A stretch of DNA of 64,000 nucleotides from a virus (IMGVR_UViG_3300046473_000190:8965-72964), one strand, 5' to 3'. Shown: positions 28,158 through 36,998, counted from the stretch's first letter. Notes: generated by a model from the sequence alone, not told the origin. Numbers and translations: made by a program.

Positions 28158-28361
28158 TTACGCTACGCACACAACCTGCCAGACCGGCCATTTTGGCTGA
28201 CAGGCATTGGCCTGTATCCGGCCACTCTTGTCCCAATCGCCGAATCGCTCGGAGAATGGGGCGTAATGCTTCAAACGGTCTTGCTTCGCGTGAGGTGACG
28301 GACCGGCTGTGATGACGGTAGCCGCTAGCAGAGACGCGGCAATGGCGATGAGTGTTTTCAT
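28158..28361 (-). CDS. small exported protein
   Basis: Signal peptide MKTLIAIAASLLAA; GGAGG RBS. Confidence 0.55.
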   Translation of the reverse strand: MKTLIAIAASLLAATVITAGPSPHAKQDRLKHYAPFSERFGDWDKSGRIQANACQPKWPVWQVVCVA

Positions 28362-28591
28362 GTTCCCCTCCTGAGTAACCGTGGCTTGTCGTATCGCCTT
28401 TCGATTTTATAGCCGTATGGCTTCAAGGTTTTTGGCGTCTCGTTTTCAAGGCCCAAATCAGCCAGTAATTCTTGTAAGGATTGGTAGGGCCCTGCAGAGA
28501 GTTCTTGCCAATTCCAAAACCAGCCTAATTTATTTTTCAATGTTCCCTCCACCATTTTTGGATAAGCATATACAGCGTGGCGGCTAGCCAC
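28358..28591 (-). CDS. hypothetical protein (true start probably downstream TTG)
   Basis: ORF track; GGAGG precedes TTG AAA AAT. Confidence 0.4.
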   Translation of the reverse strand: MASRHAVYAYPKMVEGTLKNKLGWFWNWQELSAGPYQSLQELLADLGLENETPKTLKPYGYKIERRYDKPRLLRRGT

Positions 28592-28647
28592 CCCGCGAAG
28601 AAGGCCACGAACGCGATGTTCAAGGCAATGCTGGCGTTAAGGGTCAT
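28537..28647 (-). CDS. small single-TM peptide, 36 aa
   Basis: GGAGG RBS directly downstream of duplicated promoter element. Confidence 0.45.
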   Translation of the reverse strand: MTLNASIALNIAFVAFFAGWLAATLYMLIQKWWREH

Positions 28648-28654
28648 TTCTAGC

Positions 28655-28705
28655 CTCCGTTGACGCCCCACACAAAAGCATATATTCTATTAAGGGTCAA
28701 GCGCG
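28655..28705. promoter_or_regulatory. bidirectional promoter-like element, copy Y
   Basis: + strand TTGACG-N17-TATTCT; 38/45 identical (reverse complement) to 33517-33561. Confidence 0.6.
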
Positions 28706-28707
28706 AA

Positions 28708-29148
28708 TTACAAATCCACGTCCCAATCATCATCTCGCATTAAGCTTTCGTCCGCCTTGTATTTCGTAGCTGTCTTTTCGGATTGATTCTCTCGCTGGAA
28801 ATGGGTCTTGGCGTATTCGACATTTTGCTTTCTGAGCCACCACATGATTTCCGGCGACGGATTGGCAGGCTCGGGGGCATTGTCAGGCGGCCATTCATTG
28901 TAAATCGCGCGATACTTATGGGCTACCCACCCCGCCTTATAGCCACGTTCTCGAGCGATTGACAGCAACCCGGCGTATGTCAGGATTCTGGCCTCGTCCG
29001 GCGGTGTGACGCCACCATTCAACATGGCGTGCTTTATAACGCGGACGGATCGGGCTACCCGGCTGCCGCAGGCGTTGCAGCGCAGTTGCTTTCCTTTTGG
29101 GACGGTGATTTCTGCGTGGTGATGGCAGGAGACACAGATTATAAACAT
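28708..29148 (-). CDS. Zn-ribbon protein resembling the C-terminal part of phage SF2 helicases
   Basis: CVSC...CNAC and ERGYKAGWVAHKYRAIYNEWP. Confidence 0.55.
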   Translation of the reverse strand: MFIICVSCHHHAEITVPKGKQLRCNACGSRVARSVRVIKHAMLNGGVTPPDEARILTYAGLLSIARERGYKAGWVAHKYRAIYNEWPPDNAPEPANPSPEIMWWLRKQNVEYAKTHFQRENQSEKTATKYKADESLMRDDDWDVDL

Positions 29149-30071
29149 TGACGTGGAACCAATATTTGCCCCGTAGACCGCCAAATTTCACAGAACCGAG
29201 CTGCATCAGCACCAAAATAGCTGATGACTATTCCTTTTGTTGGGGAGGTTGCCGCCGACTGTCCGGTTGGAGGGTAAAAGTTTGGCCGACCATTTACAAT
29301 GCAATGTGCTTGAACCAATTGAGGAATTTGGGTGTAAAACCATTTTGACGACATGCTGGCAACATTCAAGCAGGTAACTGCATTAGTCACGTTGCCTTGT
29401 CTCAGTTCACTACAGAGGCGCAAGATGAATTGGCCGGCACTGCCCTCACCTCGTCCATAAGGCGGATTGAGCCAAACAGACCCCCGCCAAGGAAGAGTCA
29501 AATCCAATCCATTCGTTTGCCGTGTATAGAATAGCTTAGCTTTAATGAATTTTCCGTTAACTGCAACAGATGTGGCCGGGTCAGTGTAAATTTCCCCGCC
29601 TAAAGACAAACGACCTAACTCTACTAAATCTTCCGGCGTGTACCATTCGTCCGTCAAGGAACTGTTTTGCAGTTGTTTGGCCGTTATTTCCAGTCGGTTC
29701 TTAATCGGAAGACGAGATAACAGCGAAATTTGGCCGTTAACCTCGACCGCATGAGGACTAAGATTTTCCGGACCCCAAACTGAATACGGAATTTCAGGCA
29801 ATTCTGTCGCAATATCCACCTGAGGATGAGAAAATCCCCTTTCCATCAGTAAGATTATATATTCCAAAATTTCGTCATTAGCGTTATAAAATTCTTTCCC
29901 TCTGATGAGGTGCCGCTCAAAATATCGGTGCAACCGTACCTCATCGTCGATTGTTCCCGGCATAGCGCAAATGCTTTCGAAGCCGTATTGAGCATGCTGC
30001 TTTAAGCGTTTGCCCGCATCTTGCGCATAACCTATTTTGAGTTCTTCATTCCGTTGCGCAAAGTATAGCAT
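29139..30071 (-). CDS. N-terminal T5orf172/GIY-YIG-like domain fused to phage DNA N6-adenine methyltransferase
   Basis: LYFAQ...LKIGYA....RL...E..LH..F....EFY; DEWYTP, TDPA, WLNPPYG; GGAGG RBS. Confidence 0.8.
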   Translation of the reverse strand: MLYFAQRNEELKIGYAQDAGKRLKQHAQYGFESICAMPGTIDDEVRLHRYFERHLIRGKEFYNANDEILEYIILLMERGFSHPQVDIATELPEIPYSVWGPENLSPHAVEVNGQISLLSRLPIKNRLEITAKQLQNSSLTDEWYTPEDLVELGRLSLGGEIYTDPATSVAVNGKFIKAKLFYTRQTNGLDLTLPWRGSVWLNPPYGRGEGSAGQFILRLCSELRQGNVTNAVTCLNVASMSSKWFYTQIPQLVQAHCIVNGRPNFYPPTGQSAATSPTKGIVISYFGADAARFCEIWRSTGQILVPRQCL

Positions 30072-30072
30072 T

Positions 30073-30243
30073 TTAATCCCTCCTACTGTTCCTTTCGAGC
30101 GCCGCCAAAGCACGGCAAATCATGTTGTCTTTGCTGAGTGGGCCCAACTCGTAAACGCCAAGAGCGATGTCGTCTAAAGCCTCGCGCAGGCGGGTTATTT
30201 CCTTCTTGAGGGCGAGGCGTTCTAAGTAGCGTTCTTTGTCCAT
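30073..30243 (-). CDS. hypothetical protein, 56 aa
   Basis: Manual translation MDKERYLERLALKKEITRLREALDDI; AAGGT RBS-like. Confidence 0.45.
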   Translation of the reverse strand: MDKERYLERLALKKEITRLREALDDIALGVYELGPLSKDNMICRALAALERNSRRD

Positions 30244-30708
30244 TAGCGCACCTTAAATGTCTTACCTTCCCCCTTGCTTTCTCGCCCAACAAAGCCTCCC
30301 CGCACTCTAGCCTTTAAGGCTAGAACGCGCCGGTTTTTAATTGACGTCCCGGCCGTCCCTTTCGGTCCACTCGACGCCTGCCGCTAAACGGCATTCCAAT
30401 ATCCTTTCTTCCGCCTTGGTCTGAGTCCCAAGGACGTTCCCCTTAATAACAGGGGCTGCGCTTATGATTGCCGGTGACCCGCTTTCAATGACTGCCGTGC
30501 AAGACGAGCAGCCGAGGAGCTGTCTCAGTCAGACGGCAGATAGTCGATAAGCGCCTATATTCCCGTTGCGCTTTGCGGAATTTAATTGTATATGGGGATA
30601 TTCATCCATATCGATCCGCCGCAACGGGTTGATAACTAGCGGCCCGGCGATGGAAGACGTCGGGCCGTTTTCTTTCTTACGCCTGTCATGGCGCGTTGTA
30701 AAGAACGA

Positions 30709-31173
30709 TCACTCCGCACGGTCGACGACTTCGTCCCATGCGGATATTCGCTTCTTGGTTCGTTCGTCGAGAATCCATCTTTGTCTTGCCATTCGCCGCG
30801 TTCGTTCAAGTACGCTGTCAGGTTCCATCCCCGCCATATCACAGACTTTTCTGAGGTCCACGCTGTCGGTAGTCAGCCACTTACGTGCCTCATCCCGGAT
30901 GCGAATCGAGTCGGAAAGTGCGCGTTCTCTGGCGTGCGCGAGGACTTCGTTGGGAAAGTCCCGTTTGAAAACATTCGCTAAATCAGCAAGGTTTTTCGGC
31001 TTTTCCCCTTTCTTTAAACACTTGGCGAGTATCAAGCTTCGCGCGGCAAGGGTAAGAGCCTTGTCGGTGAACGGACGGATTGTTTTGGGACGCATTGTGG
31101 CGTCGTTGATGGCTTGGTTGATGACAGAACACCATAAAGCCCTACAACGCTCGGCTTCCATATCTGCACTCAT
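30709..31173 (-). CDS. hypothetical phage protein
   Basis: TAGGAG RBS; LWCSVINQAINDA...EARKWL motif. Confidence 0.6.
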   Translation of the reverse strand: MSADMEAERCRALWCSVINQAINDATMRPKTIRPFTDKALTLAARSLILAKCLKKGEKPKNLADLANVFKRDFPNEVLAHARERALSDSIRIRDEARKWLTTDSVDLRKVCDMAGMEPDSVLERTRRMARQRWILDERTKKRISAWDEVVDRAE

Positions 31174-31295
31174 TTAATTTCTCCTATGGGTTATCGTGGC
31201 TATCAGAAACTATGATGGCCAAGATGTAAAATCACTTGTTTGTGAGATTGTTTGCTGCTAGAAAGACGACAGCGCAACAAACGTGACGAACGTTT

Positions 31296-32447
31296 TTGAG
31301 CAAACAGCAAGAGTTCGCCGAGGCTCGACAGCAATTTGAAGGGCGCATTCTCGCCCTGCAAGAATATATTCTTGTTCTTGAACGCCAAGCCCGCGAGATG
31401 CAGCGAGCCCTGCACAAGTCGGGGACTATCCGCCAATCGGTATTGGGCCTGTCCGAAGCAATGCCCGAGCCGCCCAAGTTCATCCCTACCGCCCGTCACG
31501 AATCCGCATCGGAAGCCATTGTCCTTATGGCCACGGATTGGCAATGGGGCGAGGTGGTGGACCTCGAGGCGATGGACGGGGTGAATTGCTACAACGTTGA
31601 AATCGCACGCAAAAGGGCGGAGCGGTTCTTCAAGACTGCATTGGAACTGAGCACGGAATACTGGTCGGGCCCGCCGCCGCAGCGGCTGATCCTCGTTCTT
31701 GGCGGCGACCTGATATCGGGCGAGATCCATGAGGAACTGGCAAAAACCAACGAGCTGCTGAGTCTACCGGCACTCAAGGATGTTACGGGTTACATCATCG
31801 CCGGAATCAATCTGCTGCTGGACAAGCTCGGTTGCCCTATCGATGTTATCGTTATTCCCGGCAATCATGGCCGAACGACGCGCCGGCCGGAAAGCAAGCA
31901 AAATGCCCTTACAAGCTATGATAACTTGGTCGGAGACTTTGTGGAGTTGTACTATCAATCCAGCAAGCGGAAGCGGTGTCCCAAGTTCTATACTCCCGCT
32001 TCAGGCGATGCCCTGTTATCATTATTTGGCTGGAACTTCCTCATTACCCACGGCGACCGTATGGGTTCGCGTGGCGGTACCGGATTTGGCGGGGCCATCT
32101 ACACCATCGCGCGCGGGTTCAAGCGATTGACGCAGGATTATGCGGCTCGGCGTATTCAGCTGGATTACATTCTTTGCGGCCATTTTCATTCGAGTTATAA
32201 GCTGGACGAGGGGTACAGTTCGGCAAGCCTCGTCGGTCCTTCCGAGTTCAGCCGCGATTGGCGCATGGTGCCCCAACCCGCAAGTCAACTATTCCTTGCC
32301 GTGCATCCCAAGCGCGGCGTGACCCTCGTTAGGGATATCCACGTCGGACACCCCAGCGAGGGTACGATTTACCAAGGGCCCAAGGACGTTACCACGCGAA
32401 TGCCCTCGTCCAGCATTCCGAAAGTCAGCCCCAGGAGGTTAACGTGA
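31296..32447 (+). CDS. calcineurin-like metallophosphoesterase/nuclease
   Basis: TDWQWGE, GGDLISG, PGNHG, THGD, GHFHS; TTG start with weak RBS. Confidence 0.8.
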   Translation: MSKQQEFAEARQQFEGRILALQEYILVLERQAREMQRALHKSGTIRQSVLGLSEAMPEPPKFIPTARHESASEAIVLMATDWQWGEVVDLEAMDGVNCYNVEIARKRAERFFKTALELSTEYWSGPPPQRLILVLGGDLISGEIHEELAKTNELLSLPALKDVTGYIIAGINLLLDKLGCPIDVIVIPGNHGRTTRRPESKQNALTSYDNLVGDFVELYYQSSKRKRCPKFYTPASGDALLSLFGWNFLITHGDRMGSRGGTGFGGAIYTIARGFKRLTQDYAARRIQLDYILCGHFHSSYKLDEGYSSASLVGPSEFSRDWRMVPQPASQLFLAVHPKRGVTLVRDIHVGHPSEGTIYQGPKDVTTRMPSSSIPKVSPRRLT

Positions 32448-32617
32448 TCGAGATAAAGTATGATGATGTTTCTGAGGCCATGCTAGTGATAGATAAAGAA
32501 AAGGACTTAGGTTTCTGCGTTACGAAGCTATTCTTTACGGATCATGAGTTTAGGGAGTTTGTCGAAATGTTGGCCGATAGCTTTAACGCCCTGCAAATCC
32601 AGGAAGGCACCACATGA
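32444..32617 (+). CDS. hypothetical protein, 57 aa
   Basis: AGGAGG RBS plus GTG; overlaps both neighbours. Confidence 0.55.
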   Translation: MIEIKYDDVSEAMLVIDKEKDLGFCVTKLFFTDHEFREFVEMLADSFNALQIQEGTT

Positions 32618-33036
32618 AACTTGAAGGCTTACCCGTCATTGACGCCAAGGAACCGATATTGTTCACGGTGACCAAGCGGGATGTCAAAATAGGCGGTCTT
32701 AAGGAACCGGACAGTTGCGCGATGGCGCTGGCGTGCAAGCGCGAACATCACTCTAAGGATGTCCGAATCCACCTAAACTACTCATATGTCTTGGAAAAAG
32801 ACCACTGGGTACGCTATCGCACGCCCGCCTGCGTCACGAGGGAGATTGTGGCGTTCGACCGGGGTGGCGCTTTCGACCCTGGCGAATATATGCTGCTGGT
32901 TCCGTACAAGTCTGACCGGCTTTTGGTGAGAAGCCCCCGTAAACGCCCAATCAAACGGGTGTCATCGAAGCGGTATATGCATATCACGGCGAATGTCCGA
33001 ACCCGGCCGGCCCTTACGACGCGGGTAATCGACTAG
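32614..33036 (+). CDS. hypothetical protein
   Basis: ORF track, ATGA overlap. Confidence 0.6.
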   Translation: MKLEGLPVIDAKEPILFTVTKRDVKIGGLKEPDSCAMALACKREHHSKDVRIHLNYSYVLEKDHWVRYRTPACVTREIVAFDRGGAFDPGEYMLLVPYKSDRLLVRSPRKRPIKRVSSKRYMHITANVRTRPALTTRVID

Positions 33037-33046
33037 ATGGCAAGTC

Positions 33047-33241
33047 ATGGACAAGGACGGTCAGCCCAGTGAGAAAAAGCCCGGTTCCAGCTATACGCCG
33101 GACCCGCCATGGGCAGATCGTGATGTCGGGGATGATGACGAACAGCGAACGAGAAAGCGAAAGCCGAAGGCGGCACCGAAGCAATGCCGCATCCGAAAAC
33201 GGAACTCACCCCCTCGTGTGCTTGCTGACGACGGCCCTTAA
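33047..33241 (+). CDS. hypothetical basic protein
   Basis: ORF track. Confidence 0.4.
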   Translation: MDKDGQPSEKKPGSSYTPDPPWADRDVGDDDEQRTRKRKPKAAPKQCRIRKRNSPPRVLADDGP

Positions 33242-33252
33242 GCCGTAAACGC

Positions 33253-33504
33253 TTAACGTTTGGCGAGGCCTCTCAGTGCTTTTTCAAGATGTGGCGGGTT
33301 TAATTCAGCCTGTGATAGCCGTTGATTACGAGAGTCCTCATAAAAGCGCGTTGCCGCCTCATACAAGCCGATTTCGTTCTCGATGGCCTGCCTGATGAAG
33401 GCACCACGGGACATGCGCTTGGGCATTACGCGGTTGATTCGCGCAATGGTTCCGGCCTCGAGGCCGACTAATACCTTGTCCTCAACGAATCCCCGGCGGC
33501 CCAT
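33253..33504 (-). CDS. ribbon-helix-helix (CopG-like) regulator
   Basis: KVLVGLEAGTIARINRVM...MSRGAFIRQAIENEI; divergent from recombination operon. Confidence 0.6.
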   Translation of the reverse strand: MGRRGFVEDKVLVGLEAGTIARINRVMPKRMSRGAFIRQAIENEIGLYEAATRFYEDSRNQRLSQAELNPPHLEKALRGLAKR

Positions 33505-33516
33505 TTATTTTCCTTT

Positions 33517-33561
33517 CGCGCTTGACAGTAAATAGCCTATATGCTTTTATGTGGGGCTTCA
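33517..33561. promoter_or_regulatory. bidirectional promoter-like element, copy X
   Basis: TTGACA at 33522; - strand TTGAAG-N17-TAGGCT; lies between divergent genes. Confidence 0.6.
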
Positions 33562-33576
33562 AGGGGAGCAAATCAA

Positions 33577-33768
33577 ATGGCATATCCGAAGCGCTTTTGT
33601 GTGAAATACGAGTCCAAAACTTGGTTTGTTTGGGACCGCAGACTAAAAGAAGAAGCTGGCCCGCCGGTGAGAACTCGAGCGGAAGCTAGACAAAAAGCTT
33701 GGCGATACAACGCCATATCGTACTTGGAAGGAACGCTCCTGTCATCTAATACTGGCAAAGCGTCATGA
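33577..33768 (+). CDS. hypothetical protein
   Basis: GGGGAG RBS. Confidence 0.5.
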   Translation: MAYPKRFCVKYESKTWFVWDRRLKEEAGPPVRTRAEARQKAWRYNAISYLEGTLLSSNTGKAS

Positions 33769-34115
33769 CAGCCAAAATCCGCACATTTCGCTACGTCCGC
33801 CTTGACGACGTGTCGGCCTATCTAGAGCTTGGGTGGATATCGCCCGAAGTTCGCCCGCACCCGCATATGGACAGGTATCGCGTCATTATGGAATGGCCGC
33901 ATGATCGGGAGGCCATCGAGCCGATGGGCCAGTTTGAGGCTGGCGCGTTCCTGCGCGACCAGCGATGGGATCGGGGCGAGATCGCCCCGTTTCGTTCGAT
34001 TGCCGATATTGCCAATCGGATAGCGGACAAGATGGTTGCCGACATGGAATACGAACGGGCGGCCGAGGATGCGCAGCGCCGACAAGATGCGGCGGATGGT
34101 TTCGATGACGAATGA
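33765..34115 (+). CDS. hypothetical protein
   Basis: ORF track. Confidence 0.55.
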   Translation: MTAKIRTFRYVRLDDVSAYLELGWISPEVRPHPHMDRYRVIMEWPHDREAIEPMGQFEAGAFLRDQRWDRGEIAPFRSIADIANRIADKMVADMEYERAAEDAQRRQDAADGFDDE

Positions 34116-34125
34116 GGAGGGGACA

Positions 34126-34758
34126 ATGAATCCTATGAATTCAGGAGAAACCGCTGAACTCGTGACTGCATTGGCAAAAGCGCAAGCTGTTATGCCGCCG
34201 GTGCCCTTCAATAAGAAGGTGGATTTTGTTTCCAAGAACGGAAGCCGCCGAAAATACAGCTATGCCGATTTGACGGCGATATTTTCTGTTACCAAAAAGC
34301 CCTTGGGCGATAATGGTCTTTCGGTGACACAAACGACTGCGATACAAGACGAAAGAATTATTCTTACGACCACGCTTTGGCATACTTCAGGTCAATGGAT
34401 TGCCAGCGAATTTCCCTTGCGGGCCGGGTTGGAACCGCAGGAGTTTGCGTCTTTACTGACCTATAACAAGCGGTACCAATATTGCGCACTTTTAGGTGTT
34501 AGCGCCGATGAGGACGACGACGGCGAGGCCACGCGCAAGAGCAATGGTGCTGCGGTCGTGCCGACCGGCGAGGTTCTGAGCGAGGAACAGTGTCAAACGC
34601 TTGTGGCTGCGCTTGAGGCTCGCAAAATGCCGGTTAAGCGGCTGATGAAATACGTTTCCACCGTCTTTGGCGATGAACTGACGGAGGTGGCCGACATTCC
34701 TGCGGAACTTTACGAACAATGCCTGAAGAAAATTCAGAAGCAGGAGACGGCCGAGTGA
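34126..34758 (+). CDS. erf: ERF-family single-strand annealing protein
   Basis: ALAKAQ..., YSYADL..I, TTLWHTSGQW, ASLLTYNKRYQYCALLGVSADEDDDG. Confidence 0.9.
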   Translation: MNPMNSGETAELVTALAKAQAVMPPVPFNKKVDFVSKNGSRRKYSYADLTAIFSVTKKPLGDNGLSVTQTTAIQDERIILTTTLWHTSGQWIASEFPLRAGLEPQEFASLLTYNKRYQYCALLGVSADEDDDGEATRKSNGAAVVPTGEVLSEEQCQTLVAALEARKMPVKRLMKYVSTVFGDELTEVADIPAELYEQCLKKIQKQETAE

Positions 34759-35447
34759 TTGAGCAACGCACGCCGGAATGGCACGCGCTTAGGCTCGGCA
34801 AGCTAACTGCGAGCCGTATCGCCGACGCGACGGCCCGCACCAAAACTGGCTGGGGCGCCAGTCGCGCCAATTACATGGCTGAATTATTGACTGAGCGCCT
34901 GACAGGGCAACCCTATCCACAATATCGCAATGCCGCCATGGATTGGGGCACCCAGACGGAGCCTGAGGCTCGCACGGTCTATGAGTTCGAGCGCAACGTG
35001 ACGGTCGAGGAGGTTGGGTTTGTTCCGCACTCGCGTATTGCGATGTCGGGCGCATCTCCTGATGGGTTGGTAGGCAAGGGGCTTGACCAAGAGTGGGGGC
35101 TGGTCGAATTCAAGTGTCCGAATACGAGCACTCACATTGCCGTCTTGCTGGGCGAGGGAGGGATGGACCCGGCCTATACCAAGCAGGTCCAATGGCAGAT
35201 GGCTTGCTGTCCCGGTAGGAAGTGGTGCGATTGGGTGAGTTATGATCCACGGCTGCCAGCAGCAATGCGGATAGTGATCGTTCGTGTGCCGCGTGATGAC
35301 AAGATGATTGCCAAGCTCGAGGCTGAAGTTACTGAGTTCCTTGCTGAATTGGCCACCAAGCAAATCCAATTATTGGAACGGTATGCCAACCGCCGGTCCC
35401 CTGACAGCCTGATGGAACAATTGCGGCAATCGGCGGCTGTCGCATGA
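34755..35447 (+). CDS. YqaJ/lambda-exonuclease-like recombinase partner
   Basis: EQRTPEWHALRLGKLTAS, AMDWGTQTEPEAR, GASPDGLV, EFKCP, QVQWQM. Confidence 0.9.
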   Translation: MIEQRTPEWHALRLGKLTASRIADATARTKTGWGASRANYMAELLTERLTGQPYPQYRNAAMDWGTQTEPEARTVYEFERNVTVEEVGFVPHSRIAMSGASPDGLVGKGLDQEWGLVEFKCPNTSTHIAVLLGEGGMDPAYTKQVQWQMACCPGRKWCDWVSYDPRLPAAMRIVIVRVPRDDKMIAKLEAEVTEFLAELATKQIQLLERYANRRSPDSLMEQLRQSAAVA

Positions 35448-35605
35448 CTATTGAGCAGTGGGCGGCCGAAGAAAAACGCAAAATAAATCAATTTGTCTAC
35501 GATTGGCAAGAGTTTAGCAAGGTGTATGTAGGGCCAAAGGCAAGGTCGCGGTCTTATTCGGAGTGGCTTCAAATCTATCGAGATCGTTTCATTTGGAAGA
35601 TATGA
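35444..35605 (+). CDS. hypothetical protein, 53 aa
   Basis: Manual translation; ATGA overlaps at both ends. Confidence 0.5.
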   Translation: MTIEQWAAEEKRKINQFVYDWQEFSKVYVGPKARSRSYSEWLQIYRDRFIWKI

Positions 35606-35931
35606 TGCGGAATATCAGCGACCAGGATGTAGAGACGGCTTTCGACTGGCTGCGCGAGAATGCATCTGCGGCGGCCAAGGCCAGGGCGGAGCGGGTCTAT
35701 TTAGAGGCTTTTTCTAAGTCGCTTAAGGCCTTGTTGATGCAGAATAGCGATAAGAAGTCGATTTCCGAACAAGAGCGCGATGCTTATGCGGCTCCAACAT
35801 ACCTTAAACACTTGCAGGCGCTCAAGGAAGCGGTGTTCGAAGACGAGAAAATAAGGTTTTTGCGCGAGGCCGCGCTGGCTAAAGTCGACGCTTGGAGAAG
35901 TGCCTCGGCTAATGAACGGGTGCGGGTATGA
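35602..35931 (+). CDS. conserved phage helical protein
   Basis: ISEQERDAYA...AKVDAWRSASANER. Confidence 0.6.
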   Translation: MMRNISDQDVETAFDWLRENASAAAKARAERVYLEAFSKSLKALLMQNSDKKSISEQERDAYAAPTYLKHLQALKEAVFEDEKIRFLREAALAKVDAWRSASANERVRV

Positions 35932-36281
35932 GGTCGGTTCCCCAATGGCACGGTCGCACTGACGACTCGCCCATACCTTTACGGGTACGTTTACGGGTAT
36001 GGGAACGCTGCGAAGGGTGTTGCACGTCCTGTTCTCGCAAGATTCATGTTGGGCAAAAATGGGAACTTGACCACGGCATGCCTCTCATTCTCGGTGGGGC
36101 GCACGCTGAGAACAACCTGCGCGTCATATGCGATTGGTGCCACAAGGCCAAAACGCGCACCGAGCAGGCTCGCAAGGCCAAGGCGGACCATGTAGCGAAA
36201 CGGCATGCAGGGATTAGGAAACGGCGGTCTTTTCGGGCTTGGCGCAAATTTGACGGTACGATTGTCCATGCTGACGACTAA
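35928..36281 (+). CDS. HNH endonuclease
   Basis: CTSC...WELDHGMPLILGGAHAENNLRVICDWCHKAKT. Confidence 0.88.
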   Translation: MRSVPQWHGRTDDSPIPLRVRLRVWERCEGCCTSCSRKIHVGQKWELDHGMPLILGGAHAENNLRVICDWCHKAKTRTEQARKAKADHVAKRHAGIRKRRSFRAWRKFDGTIVHADD

Positions 36282-36412
36282 TTCCCCGACGTGGCGGGGC
36301 CCCAATGCTCCGGGGGTAGCCACGACAGAGTCCAGCGGGCGGTGACTCTGTTTCGGAAACAACACCCGCAGCGGCGGCGCTTATCTCCTGTGAGTGGCCG
36401 CCGCAACTCAAT

Positions 36413-36512
36413 TGTGATGTCGTCACAAAATGTATGATTGTTCGATAATGGCTGTTGACAGTAGAGGGTTTATTGCCCTATAGTGGTTTCATCAGAACGG
36501 GAGATGGACATG
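36413..36512 (+). promoter_or_regulatory. sigma70 promoter/operator/RBS module, copy 1
   Basis: TGTGA-N5-TCACA, TTGACA 36455, N18, TATAGT 36479, GGAGATGGACATG. Confidence 0.85.
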
Positions 36513-36644
36513 AGCAAAGCAAAACCCTGCAAACCCTGCAAACTCTGTAAACTCTGTAAGCGCCCCACTCTAGCTAAGGATCAAATCTGCGACCGGCATT
36601 ATATGGATAAGCCTCGCAGTCTCCCGCTGCCGTCACGCAAATGA
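36510..36644 (+). CDS. Cys/Lys-rich 44 aa peptide (KPCKPCKLCKLCK)
   Basis: First ORF after promoter copy 1; four tandem 9-mers 36522-36557. Confidence 0.55.
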   Translation: MSKAKPCKPCKLCKLCKRPTLAKDQICDRHYMDKPRSLPLPSRK

Positions 36645-36668
36645 ACCCCCACCCAACAGGAGACGGAC

Positions 36669-36779
36669 ATGACAGACAACCTATTCGACCTAGTCCTTCA
36701 GATGCGCGCCGAACAAGCCAAAAAAGACCAAGAAGCCAAGGACGCCATCGAGCAGGAAAAGAAGGCACGGGCGCGCTAA
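36669..36779 (+). CDS. 36 aa helical peptide ending RAR-stop
   Basis: AACAGGAGACGGACATG leader. Confidence 0.6.
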   Translation: MTDNLFDLVLQMRAEQAKKDQEAKDAIEQEKKARAR

Positions 36780-36808
36780 TGCGCCCCAACCAACAGGAGA
36801 TGGACATG
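36768..36808 (+). repeat. junction repeat CGGGCGCGCTAATGCGCCCC-N-CCAACAGGAGA(T/C)GGACATG, copy 1
   Basis: Also at 37371-37411 and 38270-38314. Confidence 0.9.
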
Positions 36809-36877
36809 TTGGCCTTGGGCGACATGGTATCTTATGGTTCCCCAAAGTATCTTAGTGGCGCCTTATGGCTCCGATGA
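36806..36877 (+). CDS. 23 aa peptide (may be non-coding remnant)
   Basis: Consensus RBS leader but very short. Confidence 0.3.
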   Translation: MLALGDMVSYGSPKYLSGALWLR

Positions 36878-36899
36878 ATGCCATAAAACACGCCGCAAA

Positions 36900-36998
36900 T
36901 GTGATGTCATCACAAAATGTATGATTGTTTGGATATGGCTGTTGACATAGAGGGTCTATCGCCCTATAGTGGTTTCATCAGAACAGGAGATGGACATG
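36900..36998 (+). promoter_or_regulatory. sigma70 promoter/operator/RBS module, copy 2
   Basis: TGTGATGTCATCACA, TTGACA 36942, N17, TATAGT 36965. Confidence 0.9.

Noticed and set aside
30566-31177. 203 aa plus-strand ORF
   Set aside because: Antisense to 30709-31173, which has a clear RBS and phage-like motifs
36413-36427. CRP/FNR binding site
   Set aside because: Spacer is 5 bp rather than 6; kept only as an unassigned operator
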